64,000 bases of DNA from Anthoceros angustus (Eukaryota > Plantae > Anthocerotophyta), in assembly GCA_010909165.1 (NCBI GenBank), contig VJWM01000025.1, forward strand, positions 1,860,001 through 1,924,000, in the 5' to 3' direction. Positions 1-13,104 of this stretch are shown one piece after another. Each line of letters starts with the position of its first letter. Position 1 is the stretch's first letter. Below the pieces are notes generated by a model. That model was not told the origin of the DNA. It made no database searches and saw only the letters and a program-made list of their open reading frames with translations. The translations under genes were made by a program, and so were the position numbers.

Positions 1-400
1 TGGCTTCTCGCTTCATCTTTCAAGACAGGCCTTTTGTGGAGGATCTTATGTCTAGTGTGGAGGAGGGAACCTTCCTTCTCCAAATTTCCTTGAGGCAGCC
101 CAAGGAAATGCTTTCTGCGGATGATGGCGCGGGGTTGTCCTTTCTTATTTCACGACTTACTTCAAACAACGAGTCTCCATTGCCCTTTAAAGGGCCCGCT
201 CGATGGCAATCTTTAACAAAGCGATCACGGCAGGTGACGCTTGTTCCTCTTCCTCCGTAGTTTGCAAGCCATTTGTTCTTCCTGTGATATGATGTTCTAG
301 GAGCAGTACGTAACTTTTCACCTTGACCCTCGGGGTCCACCTTCGTTGTCCTCTGCTGGATGGGTTTTCCCCATCGTTTTTTTCCCCAATAAAATATAAT
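1..400 (+). mobile_element. 3' part of a degenerate CRE-like non-LTR retrotransposon (continues left of window)
   Basis: Near-identical to 27650-28040, which follows RT-like sequence; contains degenerate F-x-P/L-x-A-x-D/E-x-x-G-like motif of RLE elements and AATAAA near 389. Confidence 0.5.
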
Positions 401-544
401 TTTACTTGTATAAGGCAAACAAGAGAAAACATTGATCCCGAAAGGGTCATCCTAAGAATGAAATATTAATTAATATTTATAATATATAATTAAAAAACTG
501 AATACCAATATATGTACAATCATCTTTTGTGGACTCTTTTTAGC

Positions 545-1540
545 CTAGGTCCTTAGTGGACTTAAATAAAATTCTTCTTCTTGTTCTTTTATGTGTCAAA
601 CTAATAAAAGTTCAACGTGTTCAAGTCTAACCAAGTCTCGAGCTACAACTTCAAGTTGAGGTTTTATGAAGTCAAACTAATAAGAGCTCTTTTCGTTCAA
701 GTCGAATAAAACCCTTACTTGTTAAGGTTGAAAGCTCAAAAGTTACAACTACGTCTATTCTCTATTCTCTAGTTGTTCGTGTCCATCCATGTGTGTCCAA
801 ATGGCCTAGGCCAAATGGACACACATTTATAAGAACGCCGTGATTAAGCATCCTTAGCTTGGATCGGTACTTAGAAGGTGCCTAAAGGGAATGGATGCCC
901 TTGGTGCAAGTAACTTAGGCAACCATGGTACAAGTTGTTAAGTACCAAGTCCATGATTAGTCCTTAGTGGACTTAAATAAAATTCTTCTTCTTCTTCATA
1001 AGGTGGCTCAATTTCATCCATCATGCTCTCAAAAGTTTGTCCATCCACGAGCTTTGCGTGTGACACATCTCCAAGAGTTATAGTATCGTGATCGATAAAG
1101 TGCCTCTTCTTGTTTTTCATTGAGCCATCCCGACTTAAAACTTGTCCTTGGAACGATTTTGTGCCGGTGAAACCACGAGATAGATTGGTAGATCCTAAGG
1201 CGTCATCTTGCCAAGAATGAGCTACAAAATTAATTTCAAGTCTCCTCTTAACCTATCTTGTTGAATGTTAAGTTCAAGGGTTGAAAGCAGATTGAGCGGG
1301 AATAATGAGTATGACAGAAATTGAAAGGTGTGACAAACGGAGATGTGTTGGCATGCATGATTCTTTTATGGTGAAGTGATGGTATTTGCATTCCACTTAA
1401 TTTCAAGGGCAGGGGCCTTACAACAAGTTAATGATCGACTAGGAAGTTCCTTAGGGTCTTTGAACAAGAGCCAATTGCAAGCAAAGATCATACAATGAAT
1501 TAATAAAAATAAAAATATTTATAACTATCCTCAATCTCAT
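545..1540 (-). pseudogene. Unknown companion ORF ('ORF-X'), frameshifted, copy 1
   Basis: Joinable minus-strand fragments (e.g. 938..1120 ...EPPYEEEEEFYLSPLRT; HGCLSYLHQGHPFPLG; INVCPFGLG); EEEFYLSPLRT occurs twice; ATG at 1540 lies ~43 bp after the kinase stop; no recognisable domain. Confidence 0.4.
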
Positions 1541-1582
1541 TGTCGAGTGTACGTGACTACTTCTTACATGTTTTTGTCTTTT

Positions 1583-2668
1583 CTATCCTCTCGTGTATGT
1601 TGATGGTTGGATGGATGAAAGTTTTCTCCTCTTATTTTGAGGATTTGGATGAAAAAGGTTTTGAAACTTTTTGCGGTCTTCATTAACCTTCTCCTTCTCC
1701 TTCTCCTTGTGTATAAACCCTTTACCATGGCACTCGATTATTTTGTAATAGAGTAAGTGCCTTATCTTGTATTGAAATAAAATTTAAATCTTCAAAGTAA
1801 AACTCATGAGATATGTTTTGTTCTATACTAGCATGTTTTGGTTTCCCTTTAAAAACGGATGTAGTAAAGCTTCTTTAGCTGTGATTCTCTCTAAAGGGTC
1901 CATAGCAAGAAGCTTCTTAAGAAGCGATAAGGCTATGGGATCGTAAAACCGATTTTCTAAAACTTTTCCAAACTTCCTGCTTTGTTGTTTGATCCACTTC
2001 AAATAAATATCCACGTTGTAATATTTCCAGCGAAAATGCAGCCTATGCTCCAAATATCAATTGCTGAGTTGTATGTGTTAAACTCGTGAGAATAGATTTT
2101 TACTGCGGTAAGATTACATTCCTATGAAATAATCAATCGGTAAAAGGATACTATATCTATTTTCGGAATAACACAAAGCTTCTCGAAATCACATAATTTA
2201 AGGTTACCACTATAACTCATTAATATATTTGCTGGTTTCAAATCTCCATGGACAACATTTGCGCATGCAAATACTCCACTCCTTTGAGGATTTGATAGAG
2301 TAAATCTCGTTGTTCATCGGCTGAAGTTGTCTGCTTTTCTTTAAAATTGTGAATAAATCTTCTTTCATCAATTCCATCACTATATATATATCATCATAAT
2401 TTTCATTTGGTGGGAGAATTACATCTTTGAATTGAATAATATGATCATGTTGTAAAGTGTGCAACATTGTCACTCTCTTAAGGTGCGTAGAGTTTTATTT
2501 TGAGTTTCATATATCATCAATATGTTTTATAGCCACATGTTCACTGTCATCGTGTTTTTCGCTTCATATACTTTTCAATGCTCCATGGGATAAATATTTA
2601 ATTTTGTGGTATGAAGATTTATCTATAACTTTGAAAACATGCATCGATTTGTTTGGTACCCTGTTCAT
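1583..2668 (-). pseudogene. Intronless MAPK-derived Ser/Thr kinase, frameshifted as assembled, copy 1
   Basis: Fragments [74 protein letters not shown] and a MAPK-like C-terminal helix (RHLLYYKIIECH) ending at stop 1583. Confidence 0.85.
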
Positions 2669-3456
2669 TTCAAAAATCTTAAAAGTCCGAATACTAAAAG
2701 GTCTTGCACTTTAAAGTCTCGCCCAGGAAACTAGCACACCGCTATTCACTAGGGCTAATCATCCGGGCTTGGGCGTGCAATCATCACAATATGTTTTCTC
2801 ACCCACATACTTCAATCTATAATGACTATGAACCTTGGCAAGGGCCAGATTCTTATTAATAGAGAATGATAGAAAATGTTTTATGTGAGGATCAACTCCT
2901 AATTTATACTAGAGAAGAAGGATTCTCAAAGAAAGACTATATCAAAGCTTCTAATTCTAGTCTCTATAACTTAAATTATTCTAAAGTTGTCTTTATAGTA
3001 TGTGTTGTTAAGAAGGTTGGGTTGTTCTCAATTGAAAAGGTAGTTGTTAAATTAGGAAGCTCAATTCCAGTTTATTTTACTTAATGTCTTCTAAACTTTT
3101 GTTGTTGTTTTGTTACTAAGAAGGTTTGGTTGTCCTAATTAAGAAAATAACTTTAATTTAAGAAGCTTCTATTTGTAGTTTCTCTAACTTGGTGCTTGTC
3201 GTTCTCAATTAAGAAGGTCATTTTAATTTATTAAACTTATAATTCCAATTCTCTTTCACTTAAGTTTTTCTGACCTTTCTTTAAAAATGATGCTTGTTAC
3301 CTTTTCATCCGCCTTGCTTTTGAGACTTATTGTGGTATGCAAGTTAATCCAGGTGTGTACCAAGGCCTATCACTTACGAAGGCAGGCCTGTGGCAAGGCA
3401 TTAGAAAAGGTGTGAAGGCGCAGAAAAAAACGTAAGGTTATAAAAAATAAATCTAG

Positions 3457-3677
3457 TGTTAAAATATAATCCCGTTAAGGCATATCATATTATATTAATT
3501 AAACCACCCGAAACGGTATGGCTGGCGGAACGGCATGGTTGGTGGAACGTTGCACATGGGACATAGGCAGTTATTTAGTAAGGGCGGTGGTTGGTATATT
3601 GTAATTAATTGTAAGACACTTTGAATGTGATAAAGCCTCTATTTTTTGCACGCTACTCCTAGTCTACATCGTTCACA
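3457..3677 (+). repeat. 5' LTR of Copia-1
   Basis: TGTTAAAA...GTTCACA, matches 19811-20028, followed by tRNA-iMet-type PBS. Confidence 0.95.
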
Positions 3678-4739
3678 TGGTATCGAGCCATGCGGATCGC
3701 CTAGAGGAGCTTTGGAATCATCTGCATGACGGCGCTACAGGCGGAACACGGATGCATTCTTGAGGAATTTCCGAAAGTCAACCATCTGGACACGCAGCGC
3801 ACATCTCTTTTGAGGCTGCGCGCTCCCCTAGAACGGCAGGCGCCCGGTGGCAAACCCTCCCAATCCGCGTTGGTTTCTACCTACGCAACGTGGAGGCCCC
3901 TCCGACGCGCATCGCGCCCATGATTCCTATGCTCCCATGTGTCATGCATGCTGCGCGGTGCACGGGTCCAAGACGCGCGGAGCACCTGCAAGGCACAAAG
4001 ACAAATCTGACATCAATTCTCTAAAGGGGCTGAGGAAAATCCTTGACAGGTCACAAAACATCCTCAGCCGCGTGGAGAGATTGTTGTCCAGCTTATTGTC
4101 CTTCCAAGCTCACTCTAGGATCAACGCCCAAGGCTGTGCCACAGACCCTCAAGACGGTCAACCCCCAATTGATGAAGCCAAGACAAGCACCCAGCAAATT
4201 GCAGAATTTATGGGCCAAATCTTAGAGGGCTTACCCACTTCATCAAGATCAGACAGCCTCCATTAGATCCTTCCGCTGCGAGGGTAGCGAATCGAGCACC
4301 GGATCGGAGCGCATGATGCACCACAGGTTCACCGCCAAGGCCTCACTTGTGCGCCTCCATTGGTCACACGGAAACCCCTTCATGTAGTTGGGACACGCCT
4401 GCTAGAAAAACCCTAATCACATGTTAGTTCTAGGGTTCGTAGCTACATAACCGACGCACCCCTACGTAGCAATTACCCCTGGCGAGACCTACAATTGGGC
4501 TCAGGATCCAGCAGCCACCATTGTTGATGGCCCCTGAACTCTGCGCCCAACTAGGTCTCGCTGGAGACAACCCAACGTGAGTAAGTGAGACAGGGACAAC
4601 CAGCTGTGAGACCTGCCATCACGGCTGCATAGCCTAGGTGTTCATGTTCACCGCTGCACAGCTTAACTCCCTCATTAGTGGTTTCCAGAACCTCTCACTA
4701 CACCCTAATCCACAATCAGCTATGGCATCTAGCAGTCTA

Positions 4740-5392
4740 CCTACCTTCACCTCGGAACTAAGGAGAAGGATAGGTTCAAAGGGCATGGGTACAATGTGGA
4801 GGGTCGGGATGAAGGCCACCTTGCTGGCGGGGAGTTTGGACCATCAGATGGAACATACCTCAAACCGACCGTCAATGACCCAGACCAACCCCGTAAGAGA
4901 TTGCCAAATGGGAGCAATTCAATGCAATTGCCGTTGCGGCGATCATTGGTGGATTGGACTCGGACCTTGTCCACGATGTGGAATACCTCACATCCGCACA
5001 TGCCATATGGGATCGATTAGAAAACCTACAAAATTCGAACATGATGACTCTGTCTTGCGATGGCGAGTTCTACTCTCACGAAAATGAAGGAGGGGACAGT
5101 GGCCTCCCATATGCAAGTTTAGACACCTACGTGCTCAACTTACGACCATGACAGGAGAGAAGATGTCGGAAGTGGGCGCTATCGCTTGACTCGACCGGTC
5201 TCCGCCTCCTACGGACCTTCGTGACAAGTCAAAATGGTCCCATCGTGTTGCAGTGCGCCTCGGCGGTCGGTGACCATCACCACAGAGGAGGTGATTGGTG
5301 CCTTTGTTCAAGAGGCGAGCCGCACTTCTCCTCGGTGCCAAGACGAGGGAGAAAGCATTAGTGACCAATTTCCGAAAGGAAAGACAAGGTTC
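4740..5392 (+). pseudogene. Copia-1 gag N-terminal part, interrupted by Ty3 insertion
   Basis: Fragments W..GMKATL, DSDLVHDVEYLTSAHAIWDRLE, ITTEEVIGA homologous to the Copia-2 gag at 21822-22514. Confidence 0.7.
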
Positions 5393-8300
5393 TGCCACTC
5401 ACTCATCGGATAGGGTACCCACACAAACTTGTCTCGCTATGGCGCGGTGCTAGCAACCTAACGGGACGGAAATAGTAGCCGGACAGTATAATGGCGGACT
5501 TACTAACGGTAGAAAGCGGTAAAACCCAGTTCTTGGCCGTAATTAGGAAATAGTCGATTAATATGGGTAAATGCCGTAAATTAGAATCGAGGTAGAATAA
5601 ACAAGAATCCGATCTTACCTCCAAGAGTTCTTGGCATGAACGAGGCCAGACCTATATGTACACGAGAAACAAGAATGAAAGCGGCCATTCCTAGACTCAT
5701 CGGTAACTCCTCGGACCCGAGCTTGAGGATTGTTGCATTGGTATCGAGCCTACAATTAAAGCAATCAAGATTGCGTCGAACTCGTGGCACGGCCAACCAT
5801 GAGTGATCACATCTCACCACAAGAGGTGGAGAGACGGATCTCCAGCAGCACTGAAGACGAAGAGCTGGATGGAATTGGTTACAGAGTACGCCAGAGGTAG
5901 GCGGACCTGCCCGTCGATCGCGGCAGGCGGAGTGCGTACTCTTGGACTAGTCCCTGCAGAGGATACGGAGACACAAGTCAGGAGAAGACGCAAGCAGGCA
6001 CTTCGGCGACAATCACGGGCCGAGGCGGTGTATTTACGTAAGACGCCGACATTGAGGCAGGATGCCACAGCTGAATATGCAACGGAGCCACTCCCACGCA
6101 AACGCGGCCGACCAAGGAAGAAGAACGGCCCCGCAATCCCACAGCCAAACGAGTCGCTCCACGAGCATGCGCCCGTAGTCCAGCCAACCAAAGCCACAGA
6201 AGCATCACACCTGCAAGAGGCTCTCCGGTGTCGATTGGAAGAGCGCACCGCGAGCTTGGAGAGAGCCTGCGAGGGCGTGTCCGAAACTCTGGTTTCACAG
6301 GGACACCAGATGCTAGCTGTGGAGGAGTCGAACCGGTAGAGTCGCTACTGGAAGAAGGCGAGGTGGGCATGGTGAGTGGCGTGCTCCAAGCCTTGGAATA
6401 CGCTGCATGATCCCCACGCCGCCCCAAAGACGGACCGATCCCCACAACCATCTAACGTCTGACGATCCACCCCTGTGACACACAGACATGCCGCACAAGC
6501 CACGGACAAAGTCGAAGGAGAGAAGGAAGGCCAAGGTACCGATGGGACCAGCAAGGGACCTAATCTGAGGGGAACCTTAGGAAGTTGGTAGTCGAGCTCT
6601 TACAGCGGTGATAACCAAGACATCAAGGCACCGTGAGACGCCTGCAACTCCTCCGCTATGAGCACCGGAGGCAGAAGGGCAAGCATCAGAGCGAATTGAG
6701 TCGCAAGGGACCTAAGCGCCTTCAAACCCCGTGCAGTTGGACAAAGAATTACAACGTAAGATCAGAACGACTACATTCAACGGCAATGAAAAGGATGCAC
6801 AAGCTGTACACGATTGGTTGGACAAGCTCGACAAATACCTGAACGCGACGGAGAAGGACGATCTTCAAAAAATCCAGTTTTGTGTTATGTCCTTGGAGGC
6901 TATGCCTACAGGTGGTGGAGGCAGAGGGAGAGACAGGTGGAGATTGGAATGGAGAAGCCGATCTACTCTGGTCTTGGCGAGATCTTCTTGGAGAACTTCC
7001 TCCTGTCAACCATCGAAGAGCTTTGGATGGAATTAATTCTGATGCGCGGTAGGCGGACCTGCCCGTCGATCGCGGCAGGCGGCCAAAGTGCGTACTCTTG
7101 GACTAGTCCTGCGGAGGATACGGAGACACAAGTCGGGAGAAGGCAGCGAGCGCCCGGCGACAATCACGGGCGGCGGCGGTGCAGTTACGAGAAGGCGTCG
7201 GTGACATTGAGGCAGGATGCCACAAATGAATATGCAGCGGAGCCACTCACGCCATGTGACCAAGGAAGAAGAACGGCCCGCAATCCACGGTAAGCAGTCG
7301 CTCCACGAGCATGCGCGTAGTCCGACCAACCAAAGCCCACGGAAGCATCACACACGCAAGAGGCTCTCCGGTGTCGATTAGAAGCGCCTGAGCTTGAGAG
7401 AAACTGCGGCGTGTCCAAACTCGTTTCACAGGACACCGGATGCTAGGCTGGAGGGGTAGAAGTCGTGGCAGGGAAGAAGGCGACAGCGGTGGGCACTGAG
7501 TGGCGTGCTCAAGCCTTGGCGATCGCTGCCAGTGATCACGATCCAGCCGTGATCCCCACAGCGTCGGCGGCCGATCAGCCACTGCGTACATGCGCTGCAC
7601 AAGCCCACGGACAAAGTCGGCGATGGGAAGGCGTCGAAGGTACCGATGGGACCAGCAAGGGACTCGGTCGGAGGGAACCTTAGGAAGTTGGTAGTCGAGC
7701 TCTTACAGCGGTGATAACCAAGACATCAAGGCCTTTGGTGAGGCGCACGCAACTCCTCCGCTATGAGCTTTGGGAGGCACGGAAGGGCAAGGCGTGCAGG
7801 CGGGTGAGTCGCAAGGACGGCGCTCAAACCCCGTGCAGTTGGACAAAGAATTACAGTAAGATCGAGCGACTACATTCAGCGGCAATGAAAAGGATGCACA
7901 AGCTGTACGATTGGTTGGACAAGCTCGACAAATACAGAGCAGCGGAGAAGGGCGATCTTCAAAAATCCGATTTTGTGTTATGTCCTTGGAGGCTATGCCT
8001 ACAGTGGTGGAGGCGAGAGGGAGAGGCAGTGGAGATTGGAATGGAGATCTACTCACAGTCGTCCTTCCAGATCTTCTTGGAGAACTTCCTCCTGTCAACC
8101 ATCGAAGGAGCTTTATCACCGATTACGGAAGATACAACAACTAGGAGCAGTTCAAGACTATTGCGATAAATTTCTTCAACTCACCTTGGACATGCCCGGC
8201 AGGCGAAGAGCGAAGATCGAGCGGTTCATCGGCACGAAGAATGATCTCGGTGGCGTGAACCAAACGGATCAAACACCACAGGCGATGCAATGAGAACCGC

Positions 8301-9169
8301 TATCAACTACGGTAGCAATAAATACAAGCATCTCAACACGGCGTCGAGGCCGAGATGGGGTCGGTGGCAGTCTGTGAGAAAAGAAGCCCGTATTCAAGAT
8401 TCTCACCGAAGAGGAGAAAAAGAAATACCATGAGAAACACTTGTGTTTCACCTGCACGGCTACAGACCACGGATCCCGGGCTTGTCCACATAGGAAGGAG
8501 TTCATCGCCTGGCTTAAGGAAACGGCTAAGTCTACTCGTACCTCTACCGGACAGACTTCCAATGTCAAGAGTGGTCACTCAGTCACCATAGAAGAGGTAG
8601 GCGAGCCATAGCGCTCAGGCTGTCTCGAAGTTGTGCCATGGGTACAAGCACATGTAACTGGATCATGTGCCAATCAAGTTGTTAGTGAGGCGAATGGAGA
8701 AAGCCACTAGTTTGCTAGACTACGGTGCTAGTCACCACTATGTCTCATTAATGACGTGACGAGGGTTAGTCATACAGACACGGACACATCCTTTGTAGTA
8801 CACGGATGGGCGAGACACCGGAGCGTGTACATCTGCAGGTTGCCTTCCCGGTGGTTACGGAGGTCACAGGTTCAGTGATGCCAACCACATGCCATGACAT
8901 GATCATTGGCAAACCTTGGCTAGCCAAACACTCCAATGGGTTGGAGATAGGTGGTCAAGTAATGTAGTTAAATTTGAACCTCAACCGGCAGCACGTGATG
9001 AAAAGGGGACAAATACGTGCACAAACACTTGTTTCTTTGTGTCGGCTCTTAGTAAAGCTACGCCCCAGCAGTTCACGTATGTAGCGTCTCAAAAGGTTCT
9101 CCCTTTAGAAGGAGCAGTGAGTCACGTCTTTGCCCAAGCGGGGAAGATGAGGCAGCCTTACCCCAGGAG

Positions 9170-10030
9170 ATGAAGGACCTGCTGGCGAAGTATGAGGACG
9201 TTTTCGCAACACCCACAGGACTGCCACCCCGGAGAGCTATCGACCACGGCATCGAATTAGTACCTGGTCATAAGCCGGTGAGCATACCACCTTACCGGGC
9301 CTCTGCATCAGAAAGTGAGGAGATCAAGCGTCAGGTTGACGAATTCTTACAGCAAGGGTTCATCCGACCTTCGGTCTCCCCCTTCGGTGCTCCAGTGTTG
9401 TTGGTGGGAAAACCAGATGGAGGCTGGCGTCTATGTATCGACTACAGGGGTTTAAACCGAGCCACTGTTAGAAACGTGTACCAGATGCCACGCATAGACG
9501 AAATATTAGACCAGCTGCATGGGGCCAGATATTTTACCAAGGTGGATCTGCGCTCCGGCTTCCATCAGATTCGAATCAGAGAAGGGGATGAATATAAAAC
9601 TGCGTTCAGGACGAGACATGGGCACTTCGAGTTCATCGTGATGCCCTTCGGCCTCACAAATGCACCAGCCACCTTTCAGTGTCTGATGCAGGAAATCCTG
9701 CGCCCCCTCCTTGGTAGTGGCGTCGAGGTTTTCCTCGACGACATCCTAATATACACGTCTGATCCTGCAGACCATTGTGAGTTGGTAAGGAAGGTGTTTG
9801 ATCTCCTACGCAAGAACAAGCTCCTGGCAAAACGCAGCAAATGTGTATTTATGAAGGAGGAATGTGAATACCTAGGCCATCTGATCAGTGCAGATGGTAT
9901 CAAGGTGGACACCAGAAAAATCAAAGCGATATCGGAGTGGAAGGCGCGAGGATATCACAGTGCGTGGGTTCACAGGCATCTGCTTCTAGGAGGTTATCGA
10001 GGATTACAAGATTGCTTTGTCCCATTGTGA
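9170..10030 (+). CDS. Ty3/gypsy reverse transcriptase core (open to ~9930, then frameshifted)
   Basis: PFGAPVLLV.KPDGGWRLCIDYRGLN, FTKVDLRSGFHQIRI, MPFGLTNAPATFQ, FLDDILIY. Confidence 0.95.
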   Translation: MKDLLAKYEDVFATPTGLPPRRAIDHGIELVPGHKPVSIPPYRASASESEEIKRQVDEFLQQGFIRPSVSPFGAPVLLVGKPDGGWRLCIDYRGLNRATVRNVYQMPRIDEILDQLHGARYFTKVDLRSGFHQIRIREGDEYKTAFRTRHGHFEFIVMPFGLTNAPATFQCLMQEILRPLLGSGVEVFLDDILIYTSDPADHCELVRKVFDLLRKNKLLAKRSKCVFMKEECEYLGHLISADGIKVDTRKIKAISEWKARGYHSAWVHRHLLLGGYRGLQDCFVPL

Positions 10031-13000
10031 GACGCGCTCATAATCTGACAAAGAGCTTGGAGGACACGGCTGCTTTTCGAGGCCCTCAAGGAGGCTCTAA
10101 GTCGGCATCTAGCGGTGGCCAATCCAAAATTCTGCGTATTACCTGCACACCGATGCTTGGACTTCGCCATGGGGCGGTACTCTCCCGGGAGGGCAAGGTC
10201 ATTGCCTATGAGTCACGGAAGGCTGCGGGGTGCCCAGTTGAACTCGCCGTACATGACAAAGAGATGTTGGCCATAGTGCACGACCGAGAACTTGGCGTCA
10301 TTACACCTTGGTCAGTTCACATGCCACACCGACCATCATTCATTGCAGCACTTTTGATCAACCCAACTTTGAAGCTAAGCTGCCGTTGGTGGGTATTTGG
10401 CGAGACTTCAATTTGAAATCGGATATGTCACGAGGACCACTAATGTAGTGGCCGATGCGAGCCGCCGGGCTGCACCCTCATGACAACCCACAACACCATC
10501 GACTTGGTGAGAGGCCCTTGAGACCCAACATTATGGACAATTTATCAGCAGTTGTTAACAGATGTACAATCAGGTACACCTACCCCACTCATGCAAGAAT
10601 ACACATTGAAAGATGCGTGCCTGTATAGAAAAGGTCGACTCGTTATACCTGAACAACTAGCAGATGTGAAGAGGTCCATTCTTCATGATCTCCACGACCG
10701 CCCCATCTCGGGCCATCTTGGAGTCGATAAGACATATGCTAGAGTAAAGGAGCATTTTCTTTGGGCGGCTGGTGATGCCATTAATTGGGTGCGTTCGCAC
10801 CTCTTGCCGACAAGCTAAGGCAATGCGAGCTTGAGATGCTACTTCCTCTGCAGATCCCCATGGCGATTCAGTCCATCTCCATGGACTTTATCACACATCT
10901 CGTACTCGAGGGGGGGCGATTATACAGGTGGTCATGGACCCTTTGTCCAAAACATGCCAGTCCCTACCACCAATGTTACAGTGAAACTAGCTCGACTCTT
11001 CATCAGAAATTTTAGGCTTCATGGAGCTCGGACGATGTCGTGTCCGGAGATCTGAGTTTACCTCGAGCTTGGAAGACCTTCAGAGAAGAATCCAGCACTC
11101 TCGTCCTCATGTCACCGGAGTGGAAGGCGCGGGATATCACACATTGCGTGGGTTCACAGGCATCTCGCTTCTACCGGAGGTTATCGAGGATTATAGCAAG
11201 ATTCTTTGTCCCATTGTGACGGCCTCATGTCTGACAAAGAGCTGGGGACTACGGTACAAGCTTTTCGAGGCCCTCAAGGAGGCTCTAAAACACACATCTA
11301 GCGGTGGCCAATCCAAAGTTCAAGTATACATACCCCGATGCTTGGACTTCGCCATGGATACTCTCCCGGGAGGGCAAGGTCATTGCCTATGAGTCACAGG
11401 CTGCGGGGTGCCCAGTTGAACTACGCCGTACATGACAAAGAGATGTTGGCCATAGTGCACGCGCCGAGAACTTGGCGTCATTACACCTTGGTCAGTTCAC
11501 ATGCCACACCATCATTCATTGCAGCACTTTTGATCAACCCAACTTTGAGCGCTAGTGGTGGTGAGTATTTGGCGGACTTCAATTTGAAATCGGATATGTC
11601 AGGACCACTAATGTAGTGGCCGATGCCCGCCGCACTGCACCCTCATGACAACCCCTCAACACCATCGACTTGGTGAGAGGCCCTTCCGAGACCCAACATT
11701 ATGGACAATTTATCGGCATTTGTTAACGGATATGCGATCAGTACACCTACCCCACTCATGCAAGAATACACATTGAAAGATGCGTGCTTGTATAGAAAAG
11801 GTCGACTCGTTATACGAACAACCTAGATGTGAAGAGGTCCATTCTTCATGATCTCCATGACCCATCTCGGGCCATCTTGGAGTCGATAAAACATATGCTA
11901 GAGTAAAGGAGCATTTTCTTTGGCGAGGCTGCGGTGATGCCATTAATTGGGTGCGTTCGCACCTCTTGCCGAAGCTAAGGCAGAATCGGAAAAGCAGTGC
12001 ACTACTTCCTCTGCAGATCCCCAGCATTCCAGTCCATCTCCATGGACTTTATCACATCACTCGTACTCATTTGGTAAGGGCGATGTCGGGTGGTCATGGA
12101 CCCTTTGTCCAAAACATGCCACTTGATCCCTACCGATGTTACGTGAAACTAGCTCGCTCTTCATCCAGAAATTTTAGGCTTCATGGAGCTCGGACGATGT
12201 ATAGAGCGAGATCTGAGTTTACCTCGAGCTTGGAAGACCTTCAGGCAGGAATCCAACAGCACCTCTCGTCCTCATGTCACCCGAGTCGGACGGCCGGACG
12301 AAAAGCACAATCGGTGCTTGAAGACATGCTGCACTTCACTCCACGACAAGCAAGGCGGTGGGAAACCTTGTTACCTCTCTTGGAATACGCCTACAACTCT
12401 TCCGCCATGCGACCACGGGGTAGCTCCTTCAAGCTCCTTTCGCGTGCCCCCTCACTTGACCTATGGCCCTCGGCACAAGGCAGATGGCCGGGGCCCAGGC
12501 GTGTTCCACGAAATCCAGCAAGCACGAAGCAAGCTCACGGCTCGAATCGTCTGATCGGCTAACGCATGTGAGCTACAGTCAGGCGAGATGGTGTGGCTCG
12601 GATGAAACCACATCGATACCCTCCACAGTTCGTGAAGCACAAACTTAGCTACCGATTTGCGGACCATTCGGATCGGTGAGTGAACCGGTGGCGTTCATCG
12701 AGCTCCCGTGCTGGCGCATATGTAAGACATTCCATGTCTCCATGAAACCCGTCGTCACCACGACCACGCACTTCGGAGACCACGGCCGGGGCCCGGGTTG
12801 GTAAAGCGACCCCTCGTGCGGTTGTTCCTAAAATGTTGCCACGGGACAACGCGGATGTTAGCTTCGGCAGCATCAAGGACTCGACCCTCCCTCCCCAGCA
12901 CACCAACAAAGCGGCGGAGACCTCCATCCGGGAACTGGCCGGATCATCCGGTAGCCGCTCCGTCATCGCACCATCACCGATTATACGGTGGTGGCGCGAC

Positions 13001-13104
13001 GACGAGCTTGCATCACGGGAAGCGGCGGCACGGTGTCATGATTTCCTCGACTCCGGCTTACCCTTGATGGTCGGGAGGACGAGACCATGCCTAGTGGGGG
13101 AGAA

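Noticed and set aside
431-456. GAAA-tetraloop hairpin followed by CTAA as a Helitron 3' end or ribozyme
   Set aside because: Spacing to CTRR too short, no 5' TC boundary or RepHel found, and no hammerhead/HDV core
2950-3300. Imperfect ~110-bp repeats upstream of kinase (also ~30600-30930) with LRR/L-domain-like text (IELPNLTT..IENNPT) that could form a receptor ectodomain
   Set aside because: Both copies have many stops in all frames and no continuous frame to the kinase; motif resemblance too weak to call
545-3450. Firm call of the kinase islands as an endogenous giant virus or fungal contaminant
   Set aside because: No viral hallmark gene (capsid, polB, packaging ATPase) seen; the third island is contiguous with host genes; kept only as a hypothesis
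12700-13090. Chromodomain at end of Ty3 integrase (chromovirus)
   Set aside because: No recognisable YLVKW/TWE-type motif in any frame after the GPF motif
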